Below are positions 52,384 to 64,000 of a stretch of DNA of 64,000 bases, one piece after another; position 1 is the stretch's first letter; each line of letters opens with the position of its first letter. The notes beneath the pieces were generated by a model, which was not told the origin of the DNA, ran no database searches, and saw only the letters and a list, made by a program, of their open reading frames with translations. The translations under genes were made by a program, and so were the position numbers. This stretch comes from an uncultured delta proteobacterium (GTDB taxonomy: Bacteria; Myxococcota; Myxococcia; Myxococcales; Anaeromyxobacteraceae): the NCBI GenBank assembly GCA_963845515.1, contig CAWJSR010000029.1, positions 64,001-128,000 of the forward strand, in the 5' to 3' direction.

Positions 52384-53767
52384 ATGGCACTGACGAGCAC
52401 GCCCGAGACGCTCCACGAGATCGCGACGCTCTACACCAGGATCGCTCAGCTGGAGCGGGAGAGCGGGATCCGCCCGCCCGGCCCCGTGGACGACGCGGTG
52501 GCGGCGCCGCCCCGGTTTGCGCCGGGGCTCCACGAGATCATCGCCGGGCTGGTGGACGATTCGCTCCTCTTCTGCAACATCGCGGCAGGGATCCTCATAG
52601 CCAACGCCGCCACGGAGCGCGTGTTCGGCTGGCGCCCCAGCGAGATGGTCGGGACCAACGCGTGGACCTACGTCCACCCCGAGGACCTCAAGGCCGTCGC
52701 CACCGCCCGCTCGGCGCCGCTCGACGACGGGATCCCGTTCGAGACCCGCACGCGCGCACCCGACGGCACCTGGCGCTGGATGGAGGTCACCGCGCGGCGC
52801 TGGCCCCAGGACGAACCGACCCACATCATCCTTCAGGTCCGGCGCGCGTGGCACAAGGAGCCCGCCAGCGCTGCCCTCCCCGCCTCCGACGACGCCCCCG
52901 GCAAGCTTCGCGCCCAGCTGCGCCATGCGGCTGCGCTCGCGCGGCTCAGCCAGCTCGCGCTGGGGCTCCCGCTCGTCAGCGACGTCCTCGACGCGGGTAC
53001 CAGCCTCGGCTCCAGCGGCCTCGGGCTCGAGGTCGGGGCCTGGCTGGCGCCGGCGGGCGACACCTTCCGCGTCGGGCCCGAGACCGGCCTCGGCCCGAGC
53101 GCGCGCGACCTCGCCGTCCCGCTCGGTCGCTCGCTCGCCGGCCTGGCCTGGAGTCGCAAGGCGATCGTCGACGCGTCCCAGATCCCGGCCGACGTCCGCG
53201 CCGCCGACCCGCTCCTCGCGGCGGCCGGCGCCGGGTGCGCCCTGGCCGTCCCCGTCCGCGGCGCCGATCGGATCCACGGCGTGCTCGTCCTGGCCGGCAG
53301 GGCACCTCACGCCTTCGAGGCCGAGGAGCCGCACTTCGCCGAGACGGTGGCCAACGTCCTCGCGACGGCCCTCGACTCGCGCGCGGCGCAGGAGGCCCTC
53401 ACCAGGCGCGAACGGCTGACCCGGGCCGTCTTCGACCACGCGCGCGACGGGCTCGCGATCGTCGACGACGACGGGCGCTGCATCGACGCCAACCAGGCGG
53501 CCCACGCCAGGCTCGAGGTGCCGCTGGGCGCCCTCCGTGGCAGGAAGCCTGCCGAGGTCGCGGCGACGGACCTCGACCTCTCGCTGAAGGCGAGGCACGC
53601 GAGGACCACCGGCGAGGCCGTCGTCCGCACGGAGGCCGGCAAGCGGTCCCTGGAGTACGAGGTCGTTCCGGGGATCCTGCCCGGGCTCGCCCTCGCCATC
53701 TTCCGGGACGTGACCCTCGTCCGCTCGTCGAGCGAAGGGGACTCCAGCGGCCGACGTCGGCGACTGA
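52384..53767 (+). CDS. PAS-GAF-PAS sensor protein without output domain (end assumes a +1 error near 53740; raw ORF ends at 54066)
   Basis: PAS (VHPEDL, DGTWRW), GAF ([21 protein letters not shown]), second PAS ([10 protein letters not shown]). Confidence 0.75.
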
Positions 53768-53780
53768 CTCCCCCTGGCGA

Positions 53781-55871
<2,091 letters not shown>

Positions 55872-55974
55872 CCCGGGAATCTAGCAGGGGGCGGGCCTGG
55901 CTTCAGCGGCCGCGGAACAGACCGTTCCCGGTGGGGGCCGGGCGCTCGCGCACGATCCGGGTTAGAACCGGCCC

Positions 55975-57238
55975 GTGCCCCGCATCTCCGAGCGCGCGCT
56001 CCTCTTCCTGGTCGGGGCCGTCCAGTTCGTCAACGTCCTCGACTTCATGATGGTGATGCCGCTCGGCCCCGACTTCGCGGCCGGGCTCGGCATCCCCGCC
56101 TCGCAGCTCGGGCTCGTCGGCGGCGCCTACACGGCCGCGGCCGCGGTCGCCGGGCTCCTCGCGGCCTCCTTCCTCGACCGCTTCGACCGGCGCGCCGCGC
56201 TCGCCGTCGCGATGCTCGGGCTGGTCGTGGGGACGGCCTCGGGCGGCTTCGCCTCCGGCCTCGGCACGATGATCGCGGCCCGCTGCCTCGCGGGCGCCTT
56301 CGGCGGTCCGGCCACCGCGCTCTCGATCGCCATCGTCACCGACGCGGTCCCGGCGGAGCGGCGCGGCAAGGCGCTCGGCAAGGTGATGGGGGCCTTCTCC
56401 ATCGCGTCGGTGCTCGGGGTCCCGGCGGGGCTCGAGCTGGCGCGGCTCGGCGGGTGGCGGACCCCCTTCTTCGCCGTCGCCGCGCTGGGCCTCGTCATCG
56501 CCGGCGCGGCCCTCTGGCTGATGCCGCCCCTGCGCGCCCACCTGGTGGGCTCCGCCGCCGGACGCCGCGCCGCGGGTCTCCCTCGCGCGCCGCCCGGTCG
56601 CGATCCTCTCGCTCGCCGCCACGGCGACCTCGATGGCGTCCGGCTTCGCCATCATCCCGAACATGGCCACCTGGGTGCAGTTCAACCTCGGCTATCCGCG
56701 GGCACGGCTCGGGCTCCTCTACATGGCGGGCGGCGCCGTCGCCTTCTTCTCCCTGCGCCTCGCCGGCCGAATGGTCGATCGCGTCGGCGCTCCCCGGGTC
56801 GCCGCGCTGGGAACCGCCATCACCGTCGCGGTCATGGCGCTCCTGTTCGGCTGGCCGCCGGCCGGCGTCCCGGTCATCCCGCTCTTCGTGGGCTTCATGA
56901 TCGGCAACTCCACGCGCAACGTGAGCGTCAGCGCCCTCTCGACGCGCGTCCCGTCCCCCGGGGAGCGCGCGCGCTTCCTCTCGGCACAGTCGGCGGTGCA
57001 GCACCTCGCCGCGGCCGCCGGGGCGGCCCTCTCGACGCAGCTGCTCACGGTGGAGCCCGACGGGCGGCTCGGGGGGATGCAGGGGTTGGTCGTGCTCTCG
57101 ACCGCGGTGGCGCTCGCGCTCCCCTTCCTGCTCGCCGCCGTGGCGCGTCGCCTCCCCGTGAGCCGGCGCGTCGACAGCGCCCGGGGAAGTGTGCTCTCCT
57201 CCGCGGTGGGGACGGGGCCGACCGACGAGCCGACATGA
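55975..57238 (+). CDS. MFS transporter (+1 frameshift near 56550-56580)
   Basis: QFVNVLDFMMVMPLGP, DRFDRR, ERRGKA. The second TM bundle continues in the 56633..57238 frame. Confidence 0.85.
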
Positions 57239-57720
57239 GCTTCTCAGACTGGATCAGGCAGTTCCGGCTGCTGCACGCCGAGGCGAAGAAGGGGACCCTC
57301 ACTCCGGACGACCTGCAGGACTACCGGTCGGCCTGCGACGAGTTCGCGCGCGCGCTCATCACCGCGCAGCGGCTCCCGCTCAAGCCCGGGGACGTGCCGC
57401 GCCACACGCTGCGCGTCGCCCGCGCGGTGCAGGTCGAGCTGGAGTCGCCCGTGACCCAGCTCCGCGTCACGACGATCGACCTCGGCGTCGGCGGCTTCTC
57501 CGCGATCCTGCCGAAGCCGCCCAGGGTCGGCGACGAGTACTCCTGCAAGGTCAAGCTGCCTGGCGGCGACCCGCTGGAGACGATCGCGACCACCGCCGAG
57601 GTGAGGCCCCAGCCAGGCTCCGCACGGATCTCGTTCACGTTCGGCAAGCTGTCGGACGAGACCAGGGGCAGGATCGAGACCGTGGTCATCGACACCGCGC
57701 TCTCGCAGATCGCGACCTGA
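57235..57720 (+). CDS. PilZ domain protein
   Basis: RHTLR (RxxxR) and DLGVGG (DxxxxG). ATGA overlap with the MFS stop. Confidence 0.78.
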   Translation: MSFSDWIRQFRLLHAEAKKGTLTPDDLQDYRSACDEFARALITAQRLPLKPGDVPRHTLRVARAVQVELESPVTQLRVTTIDLGVGGFSAILPKPPRVGDEYSCKVKLPGGDPLETIATTAEVRPQPGSARISFTFGKLSDETRGRIETVVIDTALSQIAT

Positions 57721-57800
57721 TCGATCCCGTCGGGGCGGCCCATCTCCGAAGCTCGATGGGTCGACCGTCGGTGCAACGGACGCGTGGCCCGCCGCCGGCG

Positions 57801-58253
57801 TCAGCCTCGCATCGCCCTGGAGAGCTCGCGGTCGAAGACCGCGGCGAACGCCCGCGCCTCCCTGGGCCCGAAGCCGCTCGGGCCGCCGGTCACGACGCCG
57901 CCCTCACGCAGCTCGTGGTGGAAGTTGCGCAGGGCGAGCGCCTCGCCGACGTTCTCCTCCGTGTAGACGGTGCCGCGCAGGTCGAGCACCACCACGCCGA
58001 GGGCCACCAGCGCGGCCGCCAGCGGGATGTCGGCCGTGATGGCGAGGTCACCGACCCCCGCCGACTTCGCGATGTAGCCGTCTGCGACGTCGAGCCCCAT
58101 CCCCACACGGACGGTCGAGACGTGCCGGGAGGGCGGCAGCCGGATGTTCTTGTTGGCGACGAAGATCGCGCTCACCGCGAGCCGCTCCGCCGCCCGCACG
58201 ACGATCTCCTTCACCGCCGCGGGGCAGGCGTCGGCGTCGACGAAGATCTTCAC
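57801..58253 (-). CDS. YaiI/YqxD family protein
   Basis: [25 protein letters not shown]. Confidence 0.92.
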   Translation of the reverse strand: MKIFVDADACPAAVKEIVVRAAERLAVSAIFVANKNIRLPPSRHVSTVRVGMGLDVADGYIAKSAGVGDLAITADIPLAAALVALGVVVLDLRGTVYTEENVGEALALRNFHHELREGGVVTGGPSGFGPREARAFAAVFDRELSRAMRG

Positions 58254-58278
58254 GGGCTGCCTCCGCCGGGACGATCGC

Positions 58279-59726
58279 CTACTGCACCTTCCACGTCGTC
58301 CCCTCGGGCCCGTCCATGATGGCGACGCCGATCCCGAGCAGCTCGTCCCGCAGGGCGTCGGAGCGGGCGAAGTCCTTCGCCTTGCGGGCCTCGGCGCGCG
58401 CTGCGATCCGCTCCTCCACGAGCTTCTCGTCGATCCCGCGACGCTTCGCCGCCTTGTCCCGCAGCGCGCGGAGCGCCTCGGCCGGCGGGCGCTGCAGGAC
58501 GCCGAGCGTGGCGCAGACCGCCCGTGCGTCGCGCGCGAAGGCCGCGCAGCTCCGCCTTCTCCGGCGGCGCCTTCTTCCCCTTCTTGTCGGCCAGCACGTT
58601 GGCCGCCGTGAAGGCCTCGGCGAGGAGGCCGAGCACCTGGGGTGTGTTGAAGTCGTCGTCCAGCGCGGCGCGGCAGGGCTCGACGAAGGCGGAGGCCGCC
58701 CCCGGCGCCGCGTCGCCCGCCGTCTTCTCCGCCTTCACGAGGGTCTCGTAGAGGTAGCCGAGCCGCCGCTCCGCCTCGTCGAGGATCGCGTCCGAGAAGT
58801 TGAAGTCGTTACGGTAGTGGGTTCCGAGCAGGAAGAAGCGCAGCCCCTCCCCGTCGTAGCGGGCCAGGACGTCGCGCACCGTGAAGAAGTTGCCGAGCGA
58901 CTTCGACATCTTCTCGTCGTCGATCTCGACGAAGCCGTTGTGGAGCCAGTAGCGCGCGAAGTCGTCCGCGCGAAGGGCATCGCTCGTCGCCGCCACCGAC
59001 TGCGCGATCTCGTTGGTGTGGTGGGGGAAGACGAGGTCCTTGCCGCCCGTGTGGATGTCGAAGGTGTCGCCGAGGTGCTTGCGCGTCATCGCCGAGCACT
59101 CGATGTGCCAGCCCGGCCGCCCCTTCCCCCACGGGGAATCCCAGCGATGGCTCGCCGGGCTTCGCCCCCTTCCAGAGCGCGAAGTCGAGCGGATCGCGCT
59201 TCGCCTCGCCGGGATCGACGCGGGCGCCCGCGATCAGATCGTCGAGGTTCCGCCTGGAGAGCCGCCCGTACTCGGGGAACTTCCGGACCGCGTAGTAGAC
59301 GTCGCCGTTCCCGGGCGCGTAGGCGAAGCCCCGCGCGACCAGCGTCCCTATGAGGGCGACGATCTCGGGGATCGTGTCGGTGACGCGCGGCTCGACGTCG
59401 GGGCGGACGCAGCCGAGGGCATCCATGTCGACGTGGAACGCGTCGGCGAAGCGGTCGGCGAGCGCGATCGGATCCTCGCCCCGCTCGTTCGCCCGCTTGA
59501 TGATCTTGTCGTCCACGTCGGTGAAGTTGCGGACGTACTTGACCTCCAGCCCGCGCTGCCGGAGGTGGCGCACGACCACGTCCCACACGACGTAGCAGCG
59601 GGCGTGGCCGAGGTGCGAGTAGTCGTAGACGGTCGGGCCGCAGGCGTAGAGGCCGATCTTCCCGGGGACGAGGGGGACCAGCTCGCGCTTCTTCGCCGTG
59701 AGGGTGTCGTGAACCTGGATGGTCAT
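58279..59726 (-). CDS. cysS: Cysteine--tRNA ligase, two +1 frameshifts (near 59144 and 58546)
   Basis: [57 protein letters not shown]. Confidence 0.93.
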
Positions 59727-59741
59727 CGCGGTCTGGTTCCG

Positions 59742-60325
59742 TCAGTCGACGAGGCGGCGCACGAGGGCGCGCAGGTTGATGCCTAGGATGAGGAGGAGGA
59801 CGGCCGAGGCGCCGATCGGCAGGTAACGCTGCCGCGGTCGCTCGCCGTCGCGGAGGACCAGCCAGGCGTCGCCCAGCTGCGTGCCCTGCGACCGCAGCTC
59901 GGCGACCACCGGCGCGTACCGCCTCCGAGCAGGCTTCTCCGCGAGGAGCCGCCCCTCGTAGAGCGGTGGGCCGTCGCGCCCCGGCCGGTCGATCAGCAGG
60001 TTGGTGTTGGCGAGCCGCCCGACCATGCGGACCGCCTTGCCCTCCACGATCGGGATCGCCTCGCGGAGGTCGCCGCGAACCTGCACCAGGCGGTCGGCCC
60101 GGGCCAGGTCGAGGTGATAGGCGCCCGGCGCGCCGAGGTCGATCGGCTCGACGGGCGAGAAGAAGTAGCGGACGTCCGGCCAGAAGTCCCAGAGGAGCCA
60201 CCCGGCCGCCAGGATCATCACCATCGCGAAGACGGGGGAGCGCCGCAGGAACGGCGACTCCCGCTTCTCGGCGGCGGCTCCGGCTCCGCGGCCGTCGGGT
60301 CGTTCAGATCGTCTGGACCGCTCAT
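59742..60325 (-). CDS. Hypothetical membrane protein (5' end uncertain; ATG 60325 is out of frame with ORF 59742..60224)
   Basis: TM segments at both ends. AGGAGG plus an ATG overlapping the ispDF stop suggests another indel. Confidence 0.6.
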
Positions 60326-61491
60326 CCCGTCCTCCTCGCGAGCAGGACCACGGCGTGGGCGGCGATCCCCTCGCCGCGTCCCACGAAGCCCATCCCCTCG
60401 CCGGTGGTCGCCTTCACGTTCACCTGCGCCGGCGCGACGCCGAGCGCCTCCGCAATCCGCGCGCGCATCTCCTCCGCCCGCGGCGCGATCTTCGGGCGCT
60501 TCGCGGCGAGCGTCACGTCGGCGTTCCCGAGCCGCCAGCCGTGCTCCGCGGCACGGGCCGCGATCTCGCGGAGGAGCAGGAGCGAGCTGACCCCCTTCCA
60601 GCGGGGGTCGGTGTCCGGGAAGTGGCGCCCGAGGTCGCCGAGCCCGGCCGCGCCCAGGATCGCGTCGCCGATGGCGTGGGCGCAGACGTCCGCGTCCGAA
60701 TGGCCGAGCAGCCCGTCACCCTCGTGCTCCACTCCGCCGAGGACGAGCCTCCGCCCGGGCGCGAACCGGTGCGTGTCGTAGCCGACGCCTGTCGCGAACG
60801 GGAGCTCGGTGACGGCGCGCGCGCGCTCCACGTCCTCGGGGCTCGTGATCTTGAAGTTCCCGGGGGCACCGGAGACAAGCGTGACCGGCGCGCCGAACCG
60901 CTCCACGAGCGCGCTCTCGTCGGTCGCCGCCGAGGCGTCGGCGCCGGCCGCAGCGTAGGCGCGCGCCAGCAGCTCGCGACGGAAGCCCTGCGGCGTCTGC
61001 GCCAGCCAGAGCTCGCGACGGTCGAGCGTCGCCGCGACCCGCGGCTGGCCTTCGGTGCGCTCGCCCGCGGCCCGCTTCACCGTGTCGGTCACCGGCTGGG
61101 CGGCCAGGGCGGCGCCGTCACGGGCGGCTGCCTCTGCGACGCGCCGGACGAGCTCGGGCGCCGCAAAAGGGCGGGCCGCGTCGTGGACCAGGATGACCGC
61201 GCAGCCTTCGAGCGCAGCGAGGCCGTTCAGGACCGAGTCGGCCCGGTGCGCGCCGCCCGCCACCACGCGCGGCAGGAGCACCAGTCCCGCCAGCTCGGCC
61301 ACGGCGCGGGGCTCGTCGCCCGCGGGTACGACGACGACCAGCTCGTCGACCACGCCACTCTCGGCCAGGAGCCGGACGGAGCGGCGCAGCACCGACTCGC
61401 CCCCCAGGACGAGCCACTGCTTCGCCAGGCCGGCGCGCTGCCCAGCGCCGCCTGCCGCCACGATGGCTCCGACCCGTTCGCCGCCGATCAT
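60322..61491 (-). CDS. ispDF: Bifunctional IspD/IspF (MEP pathway)
   Basis: AAGGAGQR, VHDAARP, AQTPQGF, NFKIT; GYDTHRF, GHSDADV, GDLGRHFP, NVKATT. Confidence 0.95.
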   Translation of the reverse strand: MIGGERVGAIVAAGGAGQRAGLAKQWLVLGGESVLRRSVRLLAESGVVDELVVVVPAGDEPRAVAELAGLVLLPRVVAGGAHRADSVLNGLAALEGCAVILVHDAARPFAAPELVRRVAEAAARDGAALAAQPVTDTVKRAAGERTEGQPRVAATLDRRELWLAQTPQGFRRELLARAYAAAGADASAATDESALVERFGAPVTLVSGAPGNFKITSPEDVERARAVTELPFATGVGYDTHRFAPGRRLVLGGVEHEGDGLLGHSDADVCAHAIGDAILGAAGLGDLGRHFPDTDPRWKGVSSLLLLREIAARAAEHGWRLGNADVTLAAKRPKIAPRAEEMRARIAEALGVAPAQVNVKATTGEGMGFVGRGEGIAAHAVVLLARRTG

Positions 61492-61582
61492 TCGACCCTC
61501 AGAGTTGGCATCGACCGTGCTGACGTGGTGTGGGCATGACCACCCTCCACCCGAAGTGCCCCGTTTTACCCCAGAAATGCGA

Positions 61583-61612
61583 CCGCCGCGCGGACTCTGG
61601 TCCGTGCGGCGG
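61583..61612. terminator. GC-rich hairpin downstream of cdnL, possible terminator
   Basis: CCGCCGCGCGGAC-TCTG-GTCCGTGCGGCGG. Only a weak U-tract on the minus strand. Confidence 0.4.
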
Positions 61613-61655
61613 CTGGTTCCTGCGGCCCCTGGCGCCGGAGCGCCGGGTGAGGACC

Positions 61656-62180
61656 TCAGCTGAAGTTGAAGATCTTCTTCAGGTCGCCCTCGACCTCCTG
61701 CTCGTCGCAGTCCTTCGCGATGGCCAGCTCCTTGATGAGGAGCGAGCGGGCCGTGTCGAGCATCTTCCGCTCGCCGAACGAGAGGTCCTTGTCCGACCGG
61801 AGCAGGTAGAGGTCGCGCAGGACCTCTGCGATCTCGTAGACGCTGCCGGTCTTGATCTTGTCCATGTACTCGCGATACCGGCGGTTCCAGGTCGTGGAGT
61901 CGACCGAGACCTCCTTCTCGCGAAGGATGCTGTAGACCTTGCGGACTTCCTTCTCGCCGATGATCTCGCGGAGGCCCACCGAGTTCACCTTGTTCATCGG
62001 GATCATGATCTTCATCCCGTTCTCGAGGATCTTGAGCACGTAGAAGGACTGCCGCTGGCCGGCGACCTCCTTGTGCTCGATCCCCATTACCTCACCGACC
62101 CCCTGTCCGGGATAAACTGCCTTGTCCCCGACCCGGAAGGTGGGGGAGACTGCTGCTGCAACCTCGAGAGTGGCGGGCAT
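61656..62180 (-). CDS. cdnL: CarD family RNA polymerase-binding regulator (CdnL type)
   Basis: FRVGDKAVYPGQGVG, TWNRRYRE, LSFGERKM. No AT-hook tail. Upstream of ispDF. Confidence 0.88.
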   Translation of the reverse strand: MPATLEVAAAVSPTFRVGDKAVYPGQGVGEVMGIEHKEVAGQRQSFYVLKILENGMKIMIPMNKVNSVGLREIIGEKEVRKVYSILREKEVSVDSTTWNRRYREYMDKIKTGSVYEIAEVLRDLYLLRSDKDLSFGERKMLDTARSLLIKELAIAKDCDEQEVEGDLKKIFNFS

Positions 62181-62255
62181 TCCGTCCTCCGCCCCGTTTT
62201 GCGATCTGACCCCCGACTCGTTTCGGAGGGATCGCTGCGGGCGTTTAGCCGACCC

Positions 62256-62284
62256 ACACTACACAAGTCGACCCCTCAGGTCAA
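62256..62284 (-). promoter_or_regulatory. Sigma70-like promoter of cdnL
   Basis: Minus strand TTGACC-17 nt-TAGTGT. Confidence 0.65.
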
Positions 62285-62344
62285 CAACATAGCGAGATCA
62301 ATTGGGGTTTTCCCGCCCACCCTCCTCCCCCTTGGGGTCACCCA

Positions 62345-64000
62345 GTGACCCGGGGAGGCGCGCTCCTCGCCCCAGCGCTGACGTTCGCGCTCGGCGCGGC
62401 TATCGGGAGCACGGGCCATGACTACCCAATAGGGTTAGCTGCGCTCCTTCCGACCGTCGCGGTGCCAGCCGCAGCCCCGCTCGCGTTTGGCTCGGCCGGC
62501 TGGCTGGCCGCGGACCTCGTTCGAGGCGAGCCACATACCGCCCCCGCCTCGCCCGTGGAGTTGGTGGGGGTGGTGACGTCGGTCCCGACCCTCCTCGGAG
62601 ACCGGGTCCGATTCATCCTCTCCACGGCGCCCTGGGGACGCGTGGAGGCCGTCGGCGCCGAGCCGGAGTGGCCACTGGCTCTGGGCGATCGGGTCCGGTT
62701 CCGCGCCCGGCTCCGCCCCCCAGCGGGGCCGCGAAACCCGGGCGGACGAGACCCGTCGGCGCGGCTTCGCGCCCTGGGAGGCTCGCTGGAGGCGGTCGGC
62801 CAGTCGCCGATCGTGCGCGTGGCAGAGCCCTCCCCCCTCGCCTGGCTGGAGCGCGCCCGCCGGCGCTGGGCGGAGGCCACCGCCGTCCTTCCGGACCGCG
62901 AGGCGGGCGTCCTGCGCGCGATCGGGACCGGGGATCGGGCTGGGCTGGACCGTGAGACGTCCAGGGCCTTCGCGAGGAGCGGGCTCGCGCACGTCCTGGC
63001 GGTCTCCGGGCTCCACCTGGTCGTCGTGGCCTGGGGGCTCTTCCGGCTCGTGGCCGCCGTGGTCATCAGGATCGATCGGCTGGCGCTCCACCACGACGCT
63101 CGCCGGATCGCGGCCGGCGTCGCCCTCCCTGCCACGTTCGTCTACGCGCTCGCGACGGGGGCCGGTCCGCCGGTGCTCCGCGCAGCGGTAGGTGCAGGCG
63201 CGGCCTTCCTCGGGATCCTGGTGCGGCGCGAGCTGGACGCCGCCGGCGCCCTCGCAGCGGCCGCCCTCGCAGTCCTCGCGCTGGAGCCTGGCGCGATCCT
63301 CGACCCATCGCTCCAGCTCTCCTTCGCGGCGGTCGCCGGGCTGGCGCTCGGGTCGGCGCAGCTTCGGCGGGCGCTCCCATGGCCCCGCCCCCCCTGTGGC
63401 TCGTGGCGCGCACGGCTCCTGGAGCCGTTCGTCGAGGGGGGCTGCGCCACGGCGGCGGCCTCGATCGCCACCGCCCCGATCCTCGCACACCACTTCCGGC
63501 AGCTGCCGCTCCTGGGGCTCGCCGCCAACGTGGCCGCCGTACCCATCGGCGCGGCCCTGACGGCGCTCGGCGCTGCCGGCGCGCTGGCCGCGGCGGCGTG
63601 GCCTCCGCTCGCACTCCCCGTCCTCTACCTGGCGTGGCCCTTTGCGCGAGCGCTGGTGGCGCTTGCCGAGTGGTCGGCCGCGCCCTCGTGGGGCGCCATC
63701 CACCTTGCCCGCCCCGCGCTCGCGCTGTCTGCAGGCTTCGTCCTGCTGGTGCTCGTCGCGACCTTCGCGCGCGGCTGGCGACGTGCGACCGCCTTCGCGG
63801 CGGCCGCGTGCTGCCTCGCCGTCTCGGGACCGGTGCGCGCCGAGGCCGCACGGCGACGCGGCGGACTCGAGGTGATCTTCGTCTCGGTGGGCCAGGGCGA
63901 CTGCGCGCTGCTGAGGCTGCCGGACGGGAGCGCGGTCCTCGTCGACGGTGGCGGAGCGCCCGAGGGTGGCGCCGACCCGGGCGAGCGCGACGTCGTGCCT
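62345..64000 (+). CDS. comEC: ComEC/Rec2 DNA uptake protein; runs off the window end
   Basis: Manual translation: RNPGG, GLAHVLAVSGLH, PPVLRAA, SLQLSF, SVGQGD, LVDGG. Absent from the ORF track because there is no stop in the window. Confidence 0.9.
   Translation, partial: MTRGGALLAPALTFALGAAIGSTGHDYPIGLAALLPTVAVPAAAPLAFGSAGWLAADLVRGEPHTAPASPVELVGVVTSVPTLLGDRVRFILSTAPWGRVEAVGAEPEWPLALGDRVRFRARLRPPAGPRNPGGRDPSARLRALGGSLEAVGQSPIVRVAEPSPLAWLERARRRWAEATAVLPDREAGVLRAIGTGDRAGLDRETSRAFARSGLAHVLAVSGLHLVVVAWGLFRLVAAVVIRIDRLALHHDARRIAAGVALPATFVYALATGAGPPVLRAAVGAGAAFLGILVRRELDAAGALAAAALAVLALEPGAILDPSLQLSFAAVAGLALGSAQLRRALPWPRPPCGSWRARLLEPFVEGGCATAAASIATAPILAHHFRQLPLLGLAANVAAVPIGAALTALGAAGALAAAAWPPLALPVLYLAWPFARALVALAEWSAAPSWGAIHLARPALALSAGFVLLVLVATFARGWRRATAFAAAACCLAVSGPVRAEAARRRGGLEVIFVSVGQGDCALLRLPDGSAVLVDGGGAPEGGADPGERDVVP

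Noticed and set aside
55975..57720. Apparent MFS-PilZ fusion (581 aa)
   Set aside because: Produced by the +1 frameshift in the MFS gene. The PilZ gene has its own ATG at 57235 overlapping the true MFS stop.

Overview
High-GC window of a Myxococcota (Anaeromyxobacter-like) chromosome, inferred from the tgl-recO-glyQS and cdnL-ispDF-cysS gene orders. It is mostly housekeeping (metG, holA/holB, polA, glyQS, recO, queE, pyrD, plsB, ppa, uvrB/uvrC, cysS, ispDF, cdnL, comEC) with interspersed signalling and envelope genes. I found no rRNA, tRNA, CRISPR array, integrase or transposase. The strongest hidden signal is two candidate selenoproteins missed or truncated by the ORF track: a DsbA/FrnE oxidoreductase with UPFC in place of CxxC (<1..578, minus) and an FmdB-type zinc-ribbon protein ending CGPVG-U-SI (41970..42179, minus). 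Each UGA is followed by a 7-bp stem with the same GGUC loop, resembling a SECIS. Other points: a two-gene module with a TIR/nucleoside-deoxyribosyltransferase-like protein (possible defence) after metG; repeated TAnnnT-N6-start signatures suggesting leaderless mRNAs; an orphan GspE/PilB ATPase coupled to a Ycf46-like AAA ATPase; an internally deleted doxX beside a PAS-kinase/HD-GYP pair; and several +1 frameshifts (polA, glyQ, cysS, MFS) that are most likely sequencing errors. All family calls come from motif recognition, not database searches.
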